Shown: positions 26,730-35,920, counted from the stretch's first letter. The stretch: 42,748 nt of DNA from a virus (IMGVR_UViG_3300033067_002328:1-42748); one strand, 5' to 3'. Numbers and translations are program-made. The notes: generated by a model not told the origin, from the sequence alone.

Positions 26730-27176
26730 ATGACCTCTCTTCTCACCCTCCTTGTCGGTTCTCACTTCGTTCCCCCGGCCAAGGCGCTCCTTTCCAACCT
26801 CCCTCGTGGCATCAGTCTCCTGCTGGAGCACGACCCAGGCAATCCTTATGATGAAAACGCAGTGAAGGTCCTGCTCTGGCCCGCAGCCATTCCAGCAATG
26901 GTTTATGAAGAGCTGGAATTGGCCTTGCCAGGCATGGGTTCTAGCCTGGAGGAAGTCCTGGCCTCGCCGGAGGGGCTGATGCTCGGCCATCTGGCCAAGT
27001 CGGGGGGTGGCCCGCTCTTGAAATACCTCGCGGCGCAGGGCGGGGACCTGGTGGGCAACGTCGAGTTCCTGGAGGTGATGCGGGAGACCGAGACTTCGGG
27101 GGAGGGCTACTCCGCCAAGCTGGAATTCGACGGAGCGGGGAATCCCATGGTCTCGCTGGAGGCCTCGGGCTCATGA
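26730..27176 (+). CDS. HIRAN-domain protein
   Basis: LVGSHF...LLLEHDPGNPYDENAVKV...LGHL. Confidence 0.75.
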   Translation: MTSLLTLLVGSHFVPPAKALLSNLPRGISLLLEHDPGNPYDENAVKVLLWPAAIPAMVYEELELALPGMGSSLEEVLASPEGLMLGHLAKSGGGPLLKYLAAQGGDLVGNVEFLEVMRETETSGEGYSAKLEFDGAGNPMVSLEASGS

Positions 27177-27376
27177 GAATGCCATCGAGAAAAGCCCGGA
27201 GGCTCGTCACAAACCTGGCCCTTGGTGGAATGCAGGCAAAAGAGGAAGGTATGGAGAGCTTGCTTAGCGCCAAGCTGGAAATTCTCCTCTACCTTGCCGA
27301 GCTTGAGTCAGCCGCCGCTGCCAAAGGCGAGAGCAAACTTTCTTTTCCTCCAGGTGCAAGGACAGCGAAGCCATGA
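27173..27376 (+). CDS. Hypothetical protein
   Basis: ATGA coupling at both ends. Confidence 0.5.
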   Translation: MRMPSRKARRLVTNLALGGMQAKEEGMESLLSAKLEILLYLAELESAAAAKGESKLSFPPGARTAKP

Positions 27377-28944
27377 TCACCTCCCCGACTGAGGAGCAGC
27401 AGGCCATCTGGGCAGCCACCAGGGCCCCAGACTCCCTAATGATCTCGGCCTATGCCGGGACGGGCAAGACCTCCACTTTGGAATACATCGCCCCGCAGAT
27501 CAAGGTGCCGGGGCTGGCCTTGGCCTTCACCAAGAGCATAAAGGAGGAGCTGGGAAAACGCTTCCCCGGCAACTTCTCCGTCCAGACCATGAACGGTCTG
27601 GGCTATGCCAGCTTACGCCGGGCGTTGCCGATGGTCAACTTCCAACTCGACGATAAGAAACTGGGGAAGCTGATCTCCCATGTCCTGAAGGAAAACAAAG
27701 TGGAGGCCAGCAGTGAGCAATGGGACGGCTTGCGCCGCCTGGTTTCCCTGGCCATGCTTGCTGGAATTGTTCCGGGAGACGCCGGGGCAAATCCCCTCAC
27801 TCCAGACACCCCTGACGACTGGTGGGCCATTGCAGAAGACGGAGGTTTCCTCCGGGACGATTTCCTTTTCCTCTTCCCGCTTGCGCGGGAAACCCTGGAG
27901 GCCAACAATAAGCTGGTGCGAAGCGGCCAGGTCTCCTTCGATGACATGGTTTACTACTCCACCTGCATCGAGCCCAAGGGCTTTCCCAAGTTTCCAGTTT
28001 TGCTAGTTGATGAGGCCCAAGATCTCTCCCCTCTGAATCACGCCATGTTGCAGGCGGCCATGCGGCCGGACGGACGGCTGATAGCGGTGGGAGATGCCAA
28101 GCAGGCGATTTACGCCTTTCGCGGAGCCGACAGCGATTCCATTGGGAAGATCCGGGCCTTGAGAGGGGATTGGATTACCCTGCCCCTGGCCACCACCTTC
28201 CGATGCCCGAGGCTTGTAGTCGAGCGTCAGCAAAGCCATGCCCCAGGCTTCAAAGCCTGGAGCGGAGTCAAGCCAGGTCTTTTCCATAAGTTCCGAAGTA
28301 CCTGGGATGAGGAGGGAGGAGAGCTTTCCGGAGGAGATTGGAACTTCCGAGACCTCGAGGCTCGCCTGCCAAGCCCGGAGGCCAGCCTTGCTGTTCTCTG
28401 CCGCAACAACGGCCCGCTGCTTGGCCTGGCCTTCAAGCTCATCCGGCAGAGGATCAGTGTTACCATGCTGGGGCGAGACAGCGGCCAGGACCTGCGGGCG
28501 CTTGCCAGGAAGCTTTTCTCCCCAGACGACAACCAGGAACGGATGCTTTCCATCCTGGCTGATTGGGAAATGTCGGAAACTTCGCTGGCCGTTGCCAACG
28601 GGAAGGAGGAAAAGGTGAATGGGATCTCTGATCGGGCGGACTGCCTGAGGGCAGTTCTCAGTTTTGCTGAAGTCCAGGACCTCAAGTCCCTGGTCGCTGC
28701 CCTCCGAGACCTCTTCTCCCGCGAAACCGGCCGAGTGACCCTTTCCTCCATCCATAAGGCGAAAGGGCTGGAGTGGGACCTGGTTTTGCATCTCGACCCT
28801 TGGAGGATTCCCTCCAAGTGGGCAAAGGAAGCAGCAAGAAAGGGGAACACCAGACAGCTGGAGCAGGAGAAGAACTTGCGGTATGTCTGCGAGACCAGGA
28901 CCCGAAACGTGCTGCTGGAAGCAGATTTCAAGGAGTTTGTCTGA
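27373..28944 (+). CDS. UvrD/Rep-like SF1 helicase
   Basis: EEQ Q-motif, AYAGTGKTS, LVDEAQD, VGDAKQAIYAFRGA, TFRCP, LCRNN, SIHKAKGLEW and YVCETR motifs. Confidence 0.92.
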   Translation: MITSPTEEQQAIWAATRAPDSLMISAYAGTGKTSTLEYIAPQIKVPGLALAFTKSIKEELGKRFPGNFSVQTMNGLGYASLRRALPMVNFQLDDKKLGKLISHVLKENKVEASSEQWDGLRRLVSLAMLAGIVPGDAGANPLTPDTPDDWWAIAEDGGFLRDDFLFLFPLARETLEANNKLVRSGQVSFDDMVYYSTCIEPKGFPKFPVLLVDEAQDLSPLNHAMLQAAMRPDGRLIAVGDAKQAIYAFRGADSDSIGKIRALRGDWITLPLATTFRCPRLVVERQQSHAPGFKAWSGVKPGLFHKFRSTWDEEGGELSGGDWNFRDLEARLPSPEASLAVLCRNNGPLLGLAFKLIRQRISVTMLGRDSGQDLRALARKLFSPDDNQERMLSILADWEMSETSLAVANGKEEKVNGISDRADCLRAVLSFAEVQDLKSLVAALRDLFSRETGRVTLSSIHKAKGLEWDLVLHLDPWRIPSKWAKEAARKGNTRQLEQEKNLRYVCETRTRNVLLEADFKEFV

Positions 28945-29513
28945 TGTCCAGTCCATACAACACGCAGCAATATGCCGTTCTCAAAAAGTTCTGGTCGGAA
29001 CCAGATTTCCTCAATTCTTGCGCCTATGGCCTTCCCATTGCTCTCAGACGCAATCTGCAAAAAGCCTGGTGTGGGTATGTCGGCATTCCTTCTTCTCATC
29101 CGCATTTCAACCTCTCTTACTCAGAGGAAATTCTCTACGGAGATTGGGAACTGCGCCAAGTCGGAGGAAAAAGTCCGATGACTTTGCTCATTACTGCAAT
29201 GAAGATCGATAGTATTAAAGAAACGAGTAAAATTTCCCTTGATGCAATCTACGATGCGCCAGGAGGGTTGACTTACTCCGGAGCCGACTGGCCGACAGAG
29301 GTGCCGAAGGGGTACTGGTGGTTTGGATTCGATTGTTCTCACTACGATGACATAACTCCGAGAGAGGTTTTCCAATCTTTTTCTGGTTATCCTTATTCGC
29401 TTAAACCAGAGGGAGAGTACAGGACGTTGGAGTATGTCCTAACTGCCTGCAGGAAACTTGCCTCTCGTCTTTCTGATTTCTCTTCCTCTTTTCCTGAGGA
29501 GTCAGTTGGATGA
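28944..29513 (+). CDS. Conserved phage hypothetical protein
   Basis: WCGYVGIP..HP, GGLTYS and WWFGFDC.H..D motifs; AT-richer than neighbours. Confidence 0.7.
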   Translation: MSSPYNTQQYAVLKKFWSEPDFLNSCAYGLPIALRRNLQKAWCGYVGIPSSHPHFNLSYSEEILYGDWELRQVGGKSPMTLLITAMKIDSIKETSKISLDAIYDAPGGLTYSGADWPTEVPKGYWWFGFDCSHYDDITPREVFQSFSGYPYSLKPEGEYRTLEYVLTACRKLASRLSDFSSSFPEESVG

Positions 29514-29878
29514 TTCCGTTCCATTCCCCCTCCCGTCCTGCAACTTTCGGCCGACCTTCCTGGCTGGAGCAGCCCTTCGTCGTCCTGCCGGAGCTGGGCT
29601 TCGCCCCGACAGCGGGAGGCAAGTGGCGCATCCGCCTCCCGTTCTCCCACAACGGGCAGTTGACGGTTTTCCGTTTCATTGAACTGGAACTGGACCTGGC
29701 CGAGGTTCCCCTTTTTCTCGATTGTTGGGCAGCTTCGCCAGAAGAGACCATCCGAGCCTATTGGAAAATGGAGCCCCCGAAGCAAGGGGCTTTCCAGCCG
29801 GGCTGGGACGACAGGCCGGGGGCGAAGCCAAAGGAGGTCCAGGTGACAACTGTCAATGCGGAGGACCTGGGATTGTGA
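29510..29878 (+). CDS. Hypothetical protein ending AEDLGL
   Basis: ATGA coupling. Confidence 0.6.
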   Translation: MIPFHSPSRPATFGRPSWLEQPFVVLPELGFAPTAGGKWRIRLPFSHNGQLTVFRFIELELDLAEVPLFLDCWAASPEETIRAYWKMEPPKQGAFQPGWDDRPGAKPKEVQVTTVNAEDLGL

Positions 29879-29950
29879 CTCGGGCCGAAGGCCCGATTCC
29901 CCCTACCGTGGGCGGGTTTGACAATCAAACGATGGCCTTGCATTATCCCC

Positions 29951-29979
29951 TTGACCCATCCCGCCCCCCATGTCATCAT
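29951..29979 (+). promoter_or_regulatory. Sigma70-like promoter
   Basis: TTGACC-N17-CATCAT with extended TG, in the intergenic gap before the replication genes. Confidence 0.45.
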
Positions 29980-30130
29980 CCCTTTGCCGCCTTACGGCGG
30001 CAGCCTCTTCCCCTCCCTTACGGTAGCCCAACCAAGCCGAGAGGAAGAGGCACCAGCCAGCAGAGATTCGCGCCCTCGACTCTGCTGGCTGGCCTGCCTT
30101 CCCGCGAAGCGGCCCTTGGAGAAAAAAGAA

Positions 30131-30607
30131 TTGCAGATCCAGATCCACTCCCATGAGTTCATCCTGGCCGAGCCTTACCTCGAAGGCCATCCGCTGTCGG
30201 CGGCCGAGGCTAAGGCACTCAATGTGCTGCGCTCCGAGCGAATCCGGAATATTGCCCTTCGGCACTTGGCAGGCCTGGAGAAAAATGCCCTGCCAGGGCA
30301 GCCACTGACCCAGCAGGCTATTGCCGAGTTCCGAGCGCGGGTGGACTGGCTGAATTCCAACTTCACGTTCACCACCAAGGGCAACAGCCGTCAGCCTTCC
30401 GCCACTTACGACCAGGAGTTGAGGGAAGTGGCCGGGGAGAAGGCAAGAGAGTTCTTCCGGCCCACCGGCGGTAAGCCAAGCCAGTCCGACTGGACTGCCA
30501 AGTTCAACGAACTGCTGGTTTCGGCCGAGGTGGAGGAGGAGACCCGGAAGCGGCTGGCTCTGCGGGAGGAAATCGCCCTCAAGGCCCTTGAGGACCTGGC
30601 AGCTTAA
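30131..30607 (+). CDS. Conserved phage hypothetical protein
   Basis: PY.EGHPL.AAEA.ALN..R.E.IRN motif; TTG start after GGAG (start uncertain). Confidence 0.65.
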   Translation: MQIQIHSHEFILAEPYLEGHPLSAAEAKALNVLRSERIRNIALRHLAGLEKNALPGQPLTQQAIAEFRARVDWLNSNFTFTTKGNSRQPSATYDQELREVAGEKAREFFRPTGGKPSQSDWTAKFNELLVSAEVEEETRKRLALREEIALKALEDLAA

Positions 30608-30864
30608 TGACTGGCTCCAAGCCCCAGGAGGATCTGGTGGGGATTCTCTACCAGGCGCTTGCTTCGCCAATCGGCCTGCTACTCCAAACCGATGATCCGA
30701 AGTGGGCCACGGAGAAACTTCGTTCCACGCGGGCGAGCTGCCAGGATGAGGCCCTTGAGGTCCTTGCCTTTCGTCTGGTGGACCTGCCAGACGGGAATCT
30801 AGTAATCTACAAAAGAGCCCCAAAGCCTGCTGCCCCGGAGATGCCAAATGACCTCATGGATTAA
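30607..30864 (+). CDS. Hypothetical protein
   Basis: TAATG coupling; LY.AL.SP.G motif. Confidence 0.6.
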   Translation: MTGSKPQEDLVGILYQALASPIGLLLQTDDPKWATEKLRSTRASCQDEALEVLAFRLVDLPDGNLVIYKRAPKPAAPEMPNDLMD

Positions 30865-31192
30865 GCCTGGTGTCAAGTGTACCCCCATCAAGGAGATCGA
30901 AGCCCAGGACGGGGAGATCGTCCCAAAGCTCGGCCAGGTTTACACTATCTTCGACGTGATGGATTTCAGGCCTTTTGGGATGCCAGATACAATCGGGATT
31001 CAGTTGGTCGAGGCCAGGAACAAGCCCAGGTTCTACCTCTGGCTTGGGCGGAAGGCGGAATGTTGGTTCCTGGCCTCGGCGTTCCGACCAGTGATTCCGA
31101 TGGAGCAGGACATCAAACTCTTCCGAAAGATTGGCCTCTCCGGCGACCCAATCACCCGCCTTGACCTTCTCCTCGAGGACCTAGACGCATGA
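30848..31192 (+). CDS. Hypothetical protein
   Basis: G.KC...P.LGQVYTI...GIQL.E...F.A..FRP pattern. Confidence 0.6.
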   Translation: MTSWIKPGVKCTPIKEIEAQDGEIVPKLGQVYTIFDVMDFRPFGMPDTIGIQLVEARNKPRFYLWLGRKAECWFLASAFRPVIPMEQDIKLFRKIGLSGDPITRLDLLLEDLDA

Positions 31193-31217
31193 GTGCCAGC
31201 AGCAGCAAGGGAAAGAA

Positions 31218-31448
31218 ATGAGCAAGAGAGCAGAGCTTCCCCAGGAACGGCGACATATTCAGATCTTTGATGAGGACTGGGAGTTCCTGGTCGAGGCCTA
31301 CGGGCCGGGGAGTCCAAGCAAGATAGGAGCTGGCCCCGCGATCCGCAAGCTCGTCCACTCCTTTTGCCTTCGGCAGCGGCAGCAGTACCAGGAGCAGCTT
31401 GACGCCAAAATGGGCGCGTCAGTTGCCAACCAAGAGGAAGAAGTCTGA
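31218..31448 (+). CDS. Small protein, possibly ribbon-helix-helix
   Basis: RRHIQIFDEDWEFL...IRKLV pattern. Confidence 0.55.
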   Translation: MSKRAELPQERRHIQIFDEDWEFLVEAYGPGSPSKIGAGPAIRKLVHSFCLRQRQQYQEQLDAKMGASVANQEEEV

Positions 31449-31654
31449 TGACCGAAGATGAGATCAGGAAAGTTGTCAGCATTACCAATACTGCAGACAA
31501 TGGCTGCTCTACTTGTGCCACAGCTCTTGCACTGCAGCTGGCCATCACCTTTCCTTCTTTTCTGAAAGAAATTAGCGAGATCTTTGGGAAGGAGTATGGC
31601 TATTCTCTGGAAGAGTTCACGGATATGGTAGCGGAGGAGAAGGCAAATGGGTGA
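31448..31654 (+). CDS. Hypothetical protein with CxxC
   Basis: TADNGCSTC motif; TGATG coupling. Confidence 0.55.
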   Translation: MTEDEIRKVVSITNTADNGCSTCATALALQLAITFPSFLKEISEIFGKEYGYSLEEFTDMVAEEKANG

Positions 31655-31898
31655 CATTCCGCAAAGCAATGCTCTGGCCGAGGCCTCCCCAGACTCCCTT
31701 TCGGAGCTTCTCTCCCGCGACCCAATGGGCTTCCAGAAGCAGGACCGGCAGGCCATCGTCGCGGCCTTGCGGGCACAGAGGGTGAAGTGGGAAGCAGCGG
31801 AGGCGGCAGCAGCCAGCAAGCCCAAGGCCCCGAGGGGCAGCATGGCAGTTGCCAAGACGCTAGTCGCAAGCGCTGCTCCGGAGGACCTGGGGCTGTGA
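31647..31898 (+). CDS. Hypothetical protein ending PEDLGL
   Basis: GGAG RBS; EL.SRDP...IVA.LR..R pattern. Confidence 0.6.
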   Translation: MGDIPQSNALAEASPDSLSELLSRDPMGFQKQDRQAIVAALRAQRVKWEAAEAAAASKPKAPRGSMAVAKTLVASAAPEDLGL

Positions 31899-32854
31899 CC
31901 ACCAGCATTGACACTTCCGGCAACTCTTCTTTCTCCAAGCTAGTCCCCGGCCTCCAGCTGGCAGTTGACTCCACTTCCTTGGGAGAATTCAAGACCTGCC
32001 CCCGCAAGTACCAGCTTGGAATTGTGGAGGGTTGGCAGCCGCGAGACGAAAGCGTGCATCTGACCTTCGGTCTTCTCCTGCACCAAGCTCGGGAGAACTA
32101 CGAGCATCAGCGGCTGGCAGGCCAAGACCATGAGGACGCCCTGGACTTTGCCCTGGATTCCGCCCTTCGCGCCACTTGGAACTCCAAGCTCCAGCGGCCC
32201 TGGGCCTCCGGTCACCCAGCCAAGAACCGGCAGACCCTAGTCCAGACCCTGGTTTGGTATCTCGATGCCTTGGCACAGAATGATACCCTGGAGACCGTGG
32301 TCCTGGCCAATGGCAAGCCGGCGGTGGAGCTTTCCTTCCGCTTCGACTCGGGGCTTCGGACTGCGGACGGCGAGGCAATTCTTTTCTGCGGGCACCTGGA
32401 CCGCATTGCCAAACTGGGCAATCTCTTCTACATCCCAGACATCAAGACCTCCCTCTACGAGCCAAATGCCAAATGGGCGAAGCAGTTCACTCCAGGGAAT
32501 CAGTTCTCCATGTACACCCTGGCCGGGATGGTAGCCTTCGACTACGAGATTGAAGGGGTGATCGCGGACGGGGTGCAGATCGGGGTGACGTTCTCCCGTT
32601 TCCAGCGGCACTTGATTCCAAGACCAAAAGCTGTGATTGACGAGTGGCTCCATGACGCTGGCCTCTACATCAAGCAGATGGAAGAGTATGCCAAGGCTGG
32701 CTATTGGCCAATGGATGACAAGGCGTGCTCCATGTACGGCGGCTGTCCCTTCCAAGGGGTTTGTGCCAAAGAGCCTGCCCGGCGAGCCGCTCATCTTAAA
32801 GCAGAATTCGTGAAGCGGGTCTGGGACCCGTTGCAAGTGCGGGGAGAAATCTGA
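31895..32854 (+). CDS. Cas4/RecB-like PD-(D/E)xK exonuclease with probable Fe-S cluster
   Basis: DSTS...KTCPRKY, FG...H, VELSF, GHLDRI, DIKT, NQ...Y and C..YGGCPF..VC motifs. Confidence 0.85.
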   Translation: MTTSIDTSGNSSFSKLVPGLQLAVDSTSLGEFKTCPRKYQLGIVEGWQPRDESVHLTFGLLLHQARENYEHQRLAGQDHEDALDFALDSALRATWNSKLQRPWASGHPAKNRQTLVQTLVWYLDALAQNDTLETVVLANGKPAVELSFRFDSGLRTADGEAILFCGHLDRIAKLGNLFYIPDIKTSLYEPNAKWAKQFTPGNQFSMYTLAGMVAFDYEIEGVIADGVQIGVTFSRFQRHLIPRPKAVIDEWLHDAGLYIKQMEEYAKAGYWPMDDKACSMYGGCPFQGVCAKEPARRAAHLKAEFVKRVWDPLQVRGEI

Positions 32855-33456
32855 TGCAAATTTACTCGTCAACCCTTTATCACAGCAAAAGCGGTAGGAA
32901 AGTTGGCCCGCTGAGCTTGATGCGAGATGTGGGAAGAGACAAAGCTTACTGGCTTGATCCATTCACCAGCAAGCAATACCTCCCCGACGGGCGGTGTTTC
33001 GAGTTTGGGGAGGTTGGACAGTACGTTTACTATCCAGAAGAAGATTTGGATCAGCCGTGGGACAGGGGGCATGCTCTGGAGAAAAAGGACGAGCCTTTGC
33101 CAACCCCTGCCGACCTTACCCCCACCGTGTACACCAAGGCCTCCCTGCTAGAAGCCGCTGCCCAGACAGTCAAAGGAAGAGGGCTGAATTACGGCAAGCC
33201 GGAGGACAACTTTGCTCGAATCGCAGCCCATTGGACGGCCTTCCTCACCAACCGCCAGGCACCTTTCGGCCAACTCGAACTCCGAGCCGGGGATGTGGCA
33301 ATTATGATGGTTCTCATGAAGGCAGCCAGGCTCGAGAATCAGCCCAACCACCCCGACTCCTGGATCGACATCGCAGGCTACGCTGCCTGCGGGGCGGAGA
33401 TCACCAGCCAGCCAGCAGCCTCCAGCCAGCAGTCACCAACCGCTGACGCAGAATAA
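32854..33456 (+). CDS. DUF6378-family protein with N-terminal extension
   Basis: LL.AA..V..R...YG.PEDNF.RIA..W...MM.L.K.AR...H.DSW.DIAGYAACG. Confidence 0.8.
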   Translation: MQIYSSTLYHSKSGRKVGPLSLMRDVGRDKAYWLDPFTSKQYLPDGRCFEFGEVGQYVYYPEEDLDQPWDRGHALEKKDEPLPTPADLTPTVYTKASLLEAAAQTVKGRGLNYGKPEDNFARIAAHWTAFLTNRQAPFGQLELRAGDVAIMMVLMKAARLENQPNHPDSWIDIAGYAACGAEITSQPAASSQQSPTADAE

Positions 33457-33493
33457 CTTCCTTCCTCCTCCTCCCCTTCCGGAACCCTCCCTC

Positions 33494-35113
33494 ATGGCTA
33501 AACTCACCGACCACCCGTCATCAGAGACCACCAAGATGTTACTAATTGGCGACACAGGTTGCCTTACTGGCGATATGATTGTCTCTGTCAAACGCGGGGA
33601 TAAACTTCGCAAACTTTCCATTCGCGAGCTATTCCAACGGTTCAAAGGGAACCACCACAATAAACAGAACTTGCCCACCTTTCTCCTTGCTGATCTTGGA
33701 GGATACGCAGGTTCTCTCCTGATGTTGGATATTGTCCAAACAGGGCAGAAAGAGGTTTTTGAACTTATTGCAGGAGGCAAGTTCATCCAGGCTTCTTCTG
33801 ACCATCAGTTCTCGACTGAGTTCGGCTGGAAGCGCCTTTCTGAACTTAAAGTCGGGGATCGAGTCCACCAGTGGAGGGCAAGTCGGGACAAGGGGGAGAG
33901 GAGAAGAGAAGCTAACCCAACTCTTCCTCCCGAGTCTCGTCGCAAAATCGTCTACTCCATTCCATTCCATCCATACGGGTTTCAGAACGTAGTTGCTGGA
34001 CGAGACTATAAACGCGCTCCTCTTGCACGTATTGTTGTTGAAGCAGCGATGAATGGGCTCTCACAAGAAGAATTTATCTCAATTCTGCGCAATGATCCGG
34101 AAAAAGCAGCAACTCTTGCCTACGTGAAAGGTGATGTTGCGTTTCATCACCTGGATGGAGATTGGCTAAACAATTCCATTGACAATATCCAAGTCCTTAA
34201 CAATCATGAGCACACAATGTTGCATCATGAGGAAAAAGTTCGTCAGGCAAAGGGAATTACTACAGCGGAGATTGTCTCTATCAAGGCAAAAGGCATCCAG
34301 CCAACTTTTGACGTTATGATGGCAGGTCCGGAGCATAACTTTATTGCCAACGGGTTTGTCGTGCATAACTCGGGAAAGACTGGGGCGCTTTCGTCCCTCG
34401 CAGGAGCGGGGTATAATATTCGAATCCTCGACCTGGATAACGGGATCGACGCCCTGGCCAATATCCTCCGGGACCCCAAGAGCCAGTATGGGAAGGAGGC
34501 TCTCTCGCGGGTGGACTATGAGACCATCACCGACGGGATGAGGAATATCAACGGAAAGCTGGTGCCGACCAGGGCCACGGCGTGGCAGCGGGCAGTGAAG
34601 CTCCTGGACAATTGGAAAACCGAGACGGCGGACTACGGGCCGATTTCCACCTGGACACCCCAAGACGTGCTGGTGATTGATTCTCTGACCTTCCTCTCCA
34701 CCGCAGCCCTCCAATTCGTGCTCAGCATGAACGCCAGGCTTGGCCAACAGCCCCACCAGTCCGACTGGTACGCCGGGCAGCAGATGATTGAGTCCCTTCT
34801 CCAAATGCTTTATGATGAGGGGGTGAAGTGCAACATCATCGTGATGTCCCATGTGCAGTACATCGGGGAGGACAACGGGCCGCAGAGGGGGTATCCTTCC
34901 AGCCTGGGCAAAAGCCTAGCCCCGAAGATCGGGAGGTATTTCAATACCATTCTGATGGCCAAGACTTCGGGCAGTGGCACCGTGCAGAAGAGAAAAATCT
35001 TGACCAATACGGCCGGGCTGGTGGAGCTGAAAAACTCCGCGCCAACCAAGGTGAAGCCGGAGTACCCACTTGAAACCGGCCTGGCCGATTACTTCCGGGA
35101 CATCCGGGCCTAA
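33494..35113 (+). CDS. AAA_24/Sak4-like recombination ATPase containing an intein
   Basis: Walker A GDTG|SGKT interrupted by the intein; ILDLDNG, LVIDSLT and SH motifs; mature protein about 269 aa. Confidence 0.85.
   Translation: MAKLTDHPSSETTKMLLIGDTGCLTGDMIVSVKRGDKLRKLSIRELFQRFKGNHHNKQNLPTFLLADLGGYAGSLLMLDIVQTGQKEVFELIAGGKFIQASSDHQFSTEFGWKRLSELKVGDRVHQWRASRDKGERRREANPTLPPESRRKIVYSIPFHPYGFQNVVAGRDYKRAPLARIVVEAAMNGLSQEEFISILRNDPEKAATLAYVKGDVAFHHLDGDWLNNSIDNIQVLNNHEHTMLHHEEKVRQAKGITTAEIVSIKAKGIQPTFDVMMAGPEHNFIANGFVVHNSGKTGALSSLAGAGYNIRILDLDNGIDALANILRDPKSQYGKEALSRVDYETITDGMRNINGKLVPTRATAWQRAVKLLDNWKTETADYGPISTWTPQDVLVIDSLTFLSTAALQFVLSMNARLGQQPHQSDWYAGQQMIESLLQMLYDEGVKCNIIVMSHVQYIGEDNGPQRGYPSSLGKSLAPKIGRYFNTILMAKTSGSGTVQKRKILTNTAGLVELKNSAPTKVKPEYPLETGLADYFRDIRA
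33560..34369 (+). mobile_element. Intein (270 aa) with HNH homing endonuclease
   Basis: Starts CLTGD; block B IQASSDHQF; HHLDGD.LNN...N...L...EH...H; ends HNFIANGFVVHN with +1 Ser. Confidence 0.92.
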
Positions 35114-35176
35114 CGGCCAGCAAAGAAATTCGGCCCTTCGGCCGACCGCGTCCTCTCGGAAGAGGAAAAAGCCAGC

Positions 35177-35311
35177 ATGACTATTATCAAGGGCAAAGGG
35201 CTGGACTTCATCAGCTACCTTGATACCCTTCCGGCCTCAAGGGAAATCTCCCTCGCCAAAACCAAGATGGAAGAGGCGGTTATGTGGGCTGTCAAATCCA
35301 TCACTGCGTAA
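35177..35311 (+). CDS. Acb2/Tad1-like hairpin protein, N-terminally truncated (44 aa)
   Basis: Hand-translated (RVLSEEEKAS)MTIIKGKGLDFISYLDTLPASREISLAKTKMEEAVMWAVKSITA; GAGGA upstream of the ATG. Confidence 0.6.
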   Translation: MTIIKGKGLDFISYLDTLPASREISLAKTKMEEAVMWAVKSITA

Positions 35312-35399
35312 TTCGACGGGCGAAGCCCGTCCGATCGGTTGCCAGACCGTCTCTGGTATTACTCACTTACTTCCTTCAAGAAAGAAAGAAAGAACGATC

Positions 35400-35837
35400 A
35401 TGGTTGATTTCACCTCCCTCCTCAAAAAGCCCGCTGGCGAAGCCAAGAAGCCCCCGGCACTCGACGCGGGGGATTACCCGGCAGTCATCAAGAGCTATGA
35501 GCTGGGAGACCAGAACAAGAACAAGACCCCGTATGTTCGGTTCCAGGTGGGGCTGACGGGGTGGCCTGACGGCGCCGAGCCCCAGACCAATGCCTCCGGC
35601 GAGGTCATCGACCTTGCTGCCAAGCAGCTCCGCCGGGACTACTACCTCACGGAGGATGCCCTGTGGCGCCTGGACGACTTTCTCCGGGCCATAGGGATCG
35701 AGCCGGAGGGTAGGACTTACGACGAAGTCCTCCCGGAGACCGTCGGCACCCAGGTCACGGCTGAGGTGCAGCAGTACCTCAACCAGACCAACAATGATGT
35801 CGGGAACCAGATCGGAGCCCTGCGGGCCGCAGCGTAG
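35400..35837 (+). CDS. ssDNA-binding protein (DUF669/OB-fold-like)
   Basis: PPAL.AG.Y.A.I..YE...TPYV.F...WRL..FL...G pattern; follows nuclease and ATPase, as in a typical recombination triad. Confidence 0.7.
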   Translation: MVDFTSLLKKPAGEAKKPPALDAGDYPAVIKSYELGDQNKNKTPYVRFQVGLTGWPDGAEPQTNASGEVIDLAAKQLRRDYYLTEDALWRLDDFLRAIGIEPEGRTYDEVLPETVGTQVTAEVQQYLNQTNNDVGNQIGALRAAA

Positions 35838-35866
35838 CGGCAGCTGCCAGCCAACAGCCACCAGCG

Positions 35867-35892
35867 AAGGGAGGGCTTCGGCTCTCCCTTTT
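35867..35892 (+). terminator. Rho-independent terminator
   Basis: AAGGGAGGGC-TTCG-GCTCTCCCTT then TT; cUUCGg tetraloop. Confidence 0.75.
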
Positions 35893-35920
35893 CCCTCTTC
35901 TCTCCAGGACCCCGGCCCTC

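Noticed and set aside
28003-29105. Long minus-strand ORFs over the helicase (also 29903-30847, 32237-32962, 34166-34852)
   Set aside because: Antisense shadows of recognisable plus-strand genes.
31895-32854. Cas4-like nuclease as a sign of CRISPR-Cas
   Set aside because: No repeat-spacer array or other cas genes; it sits in a nuclease-ATPase-SSB recombination module.
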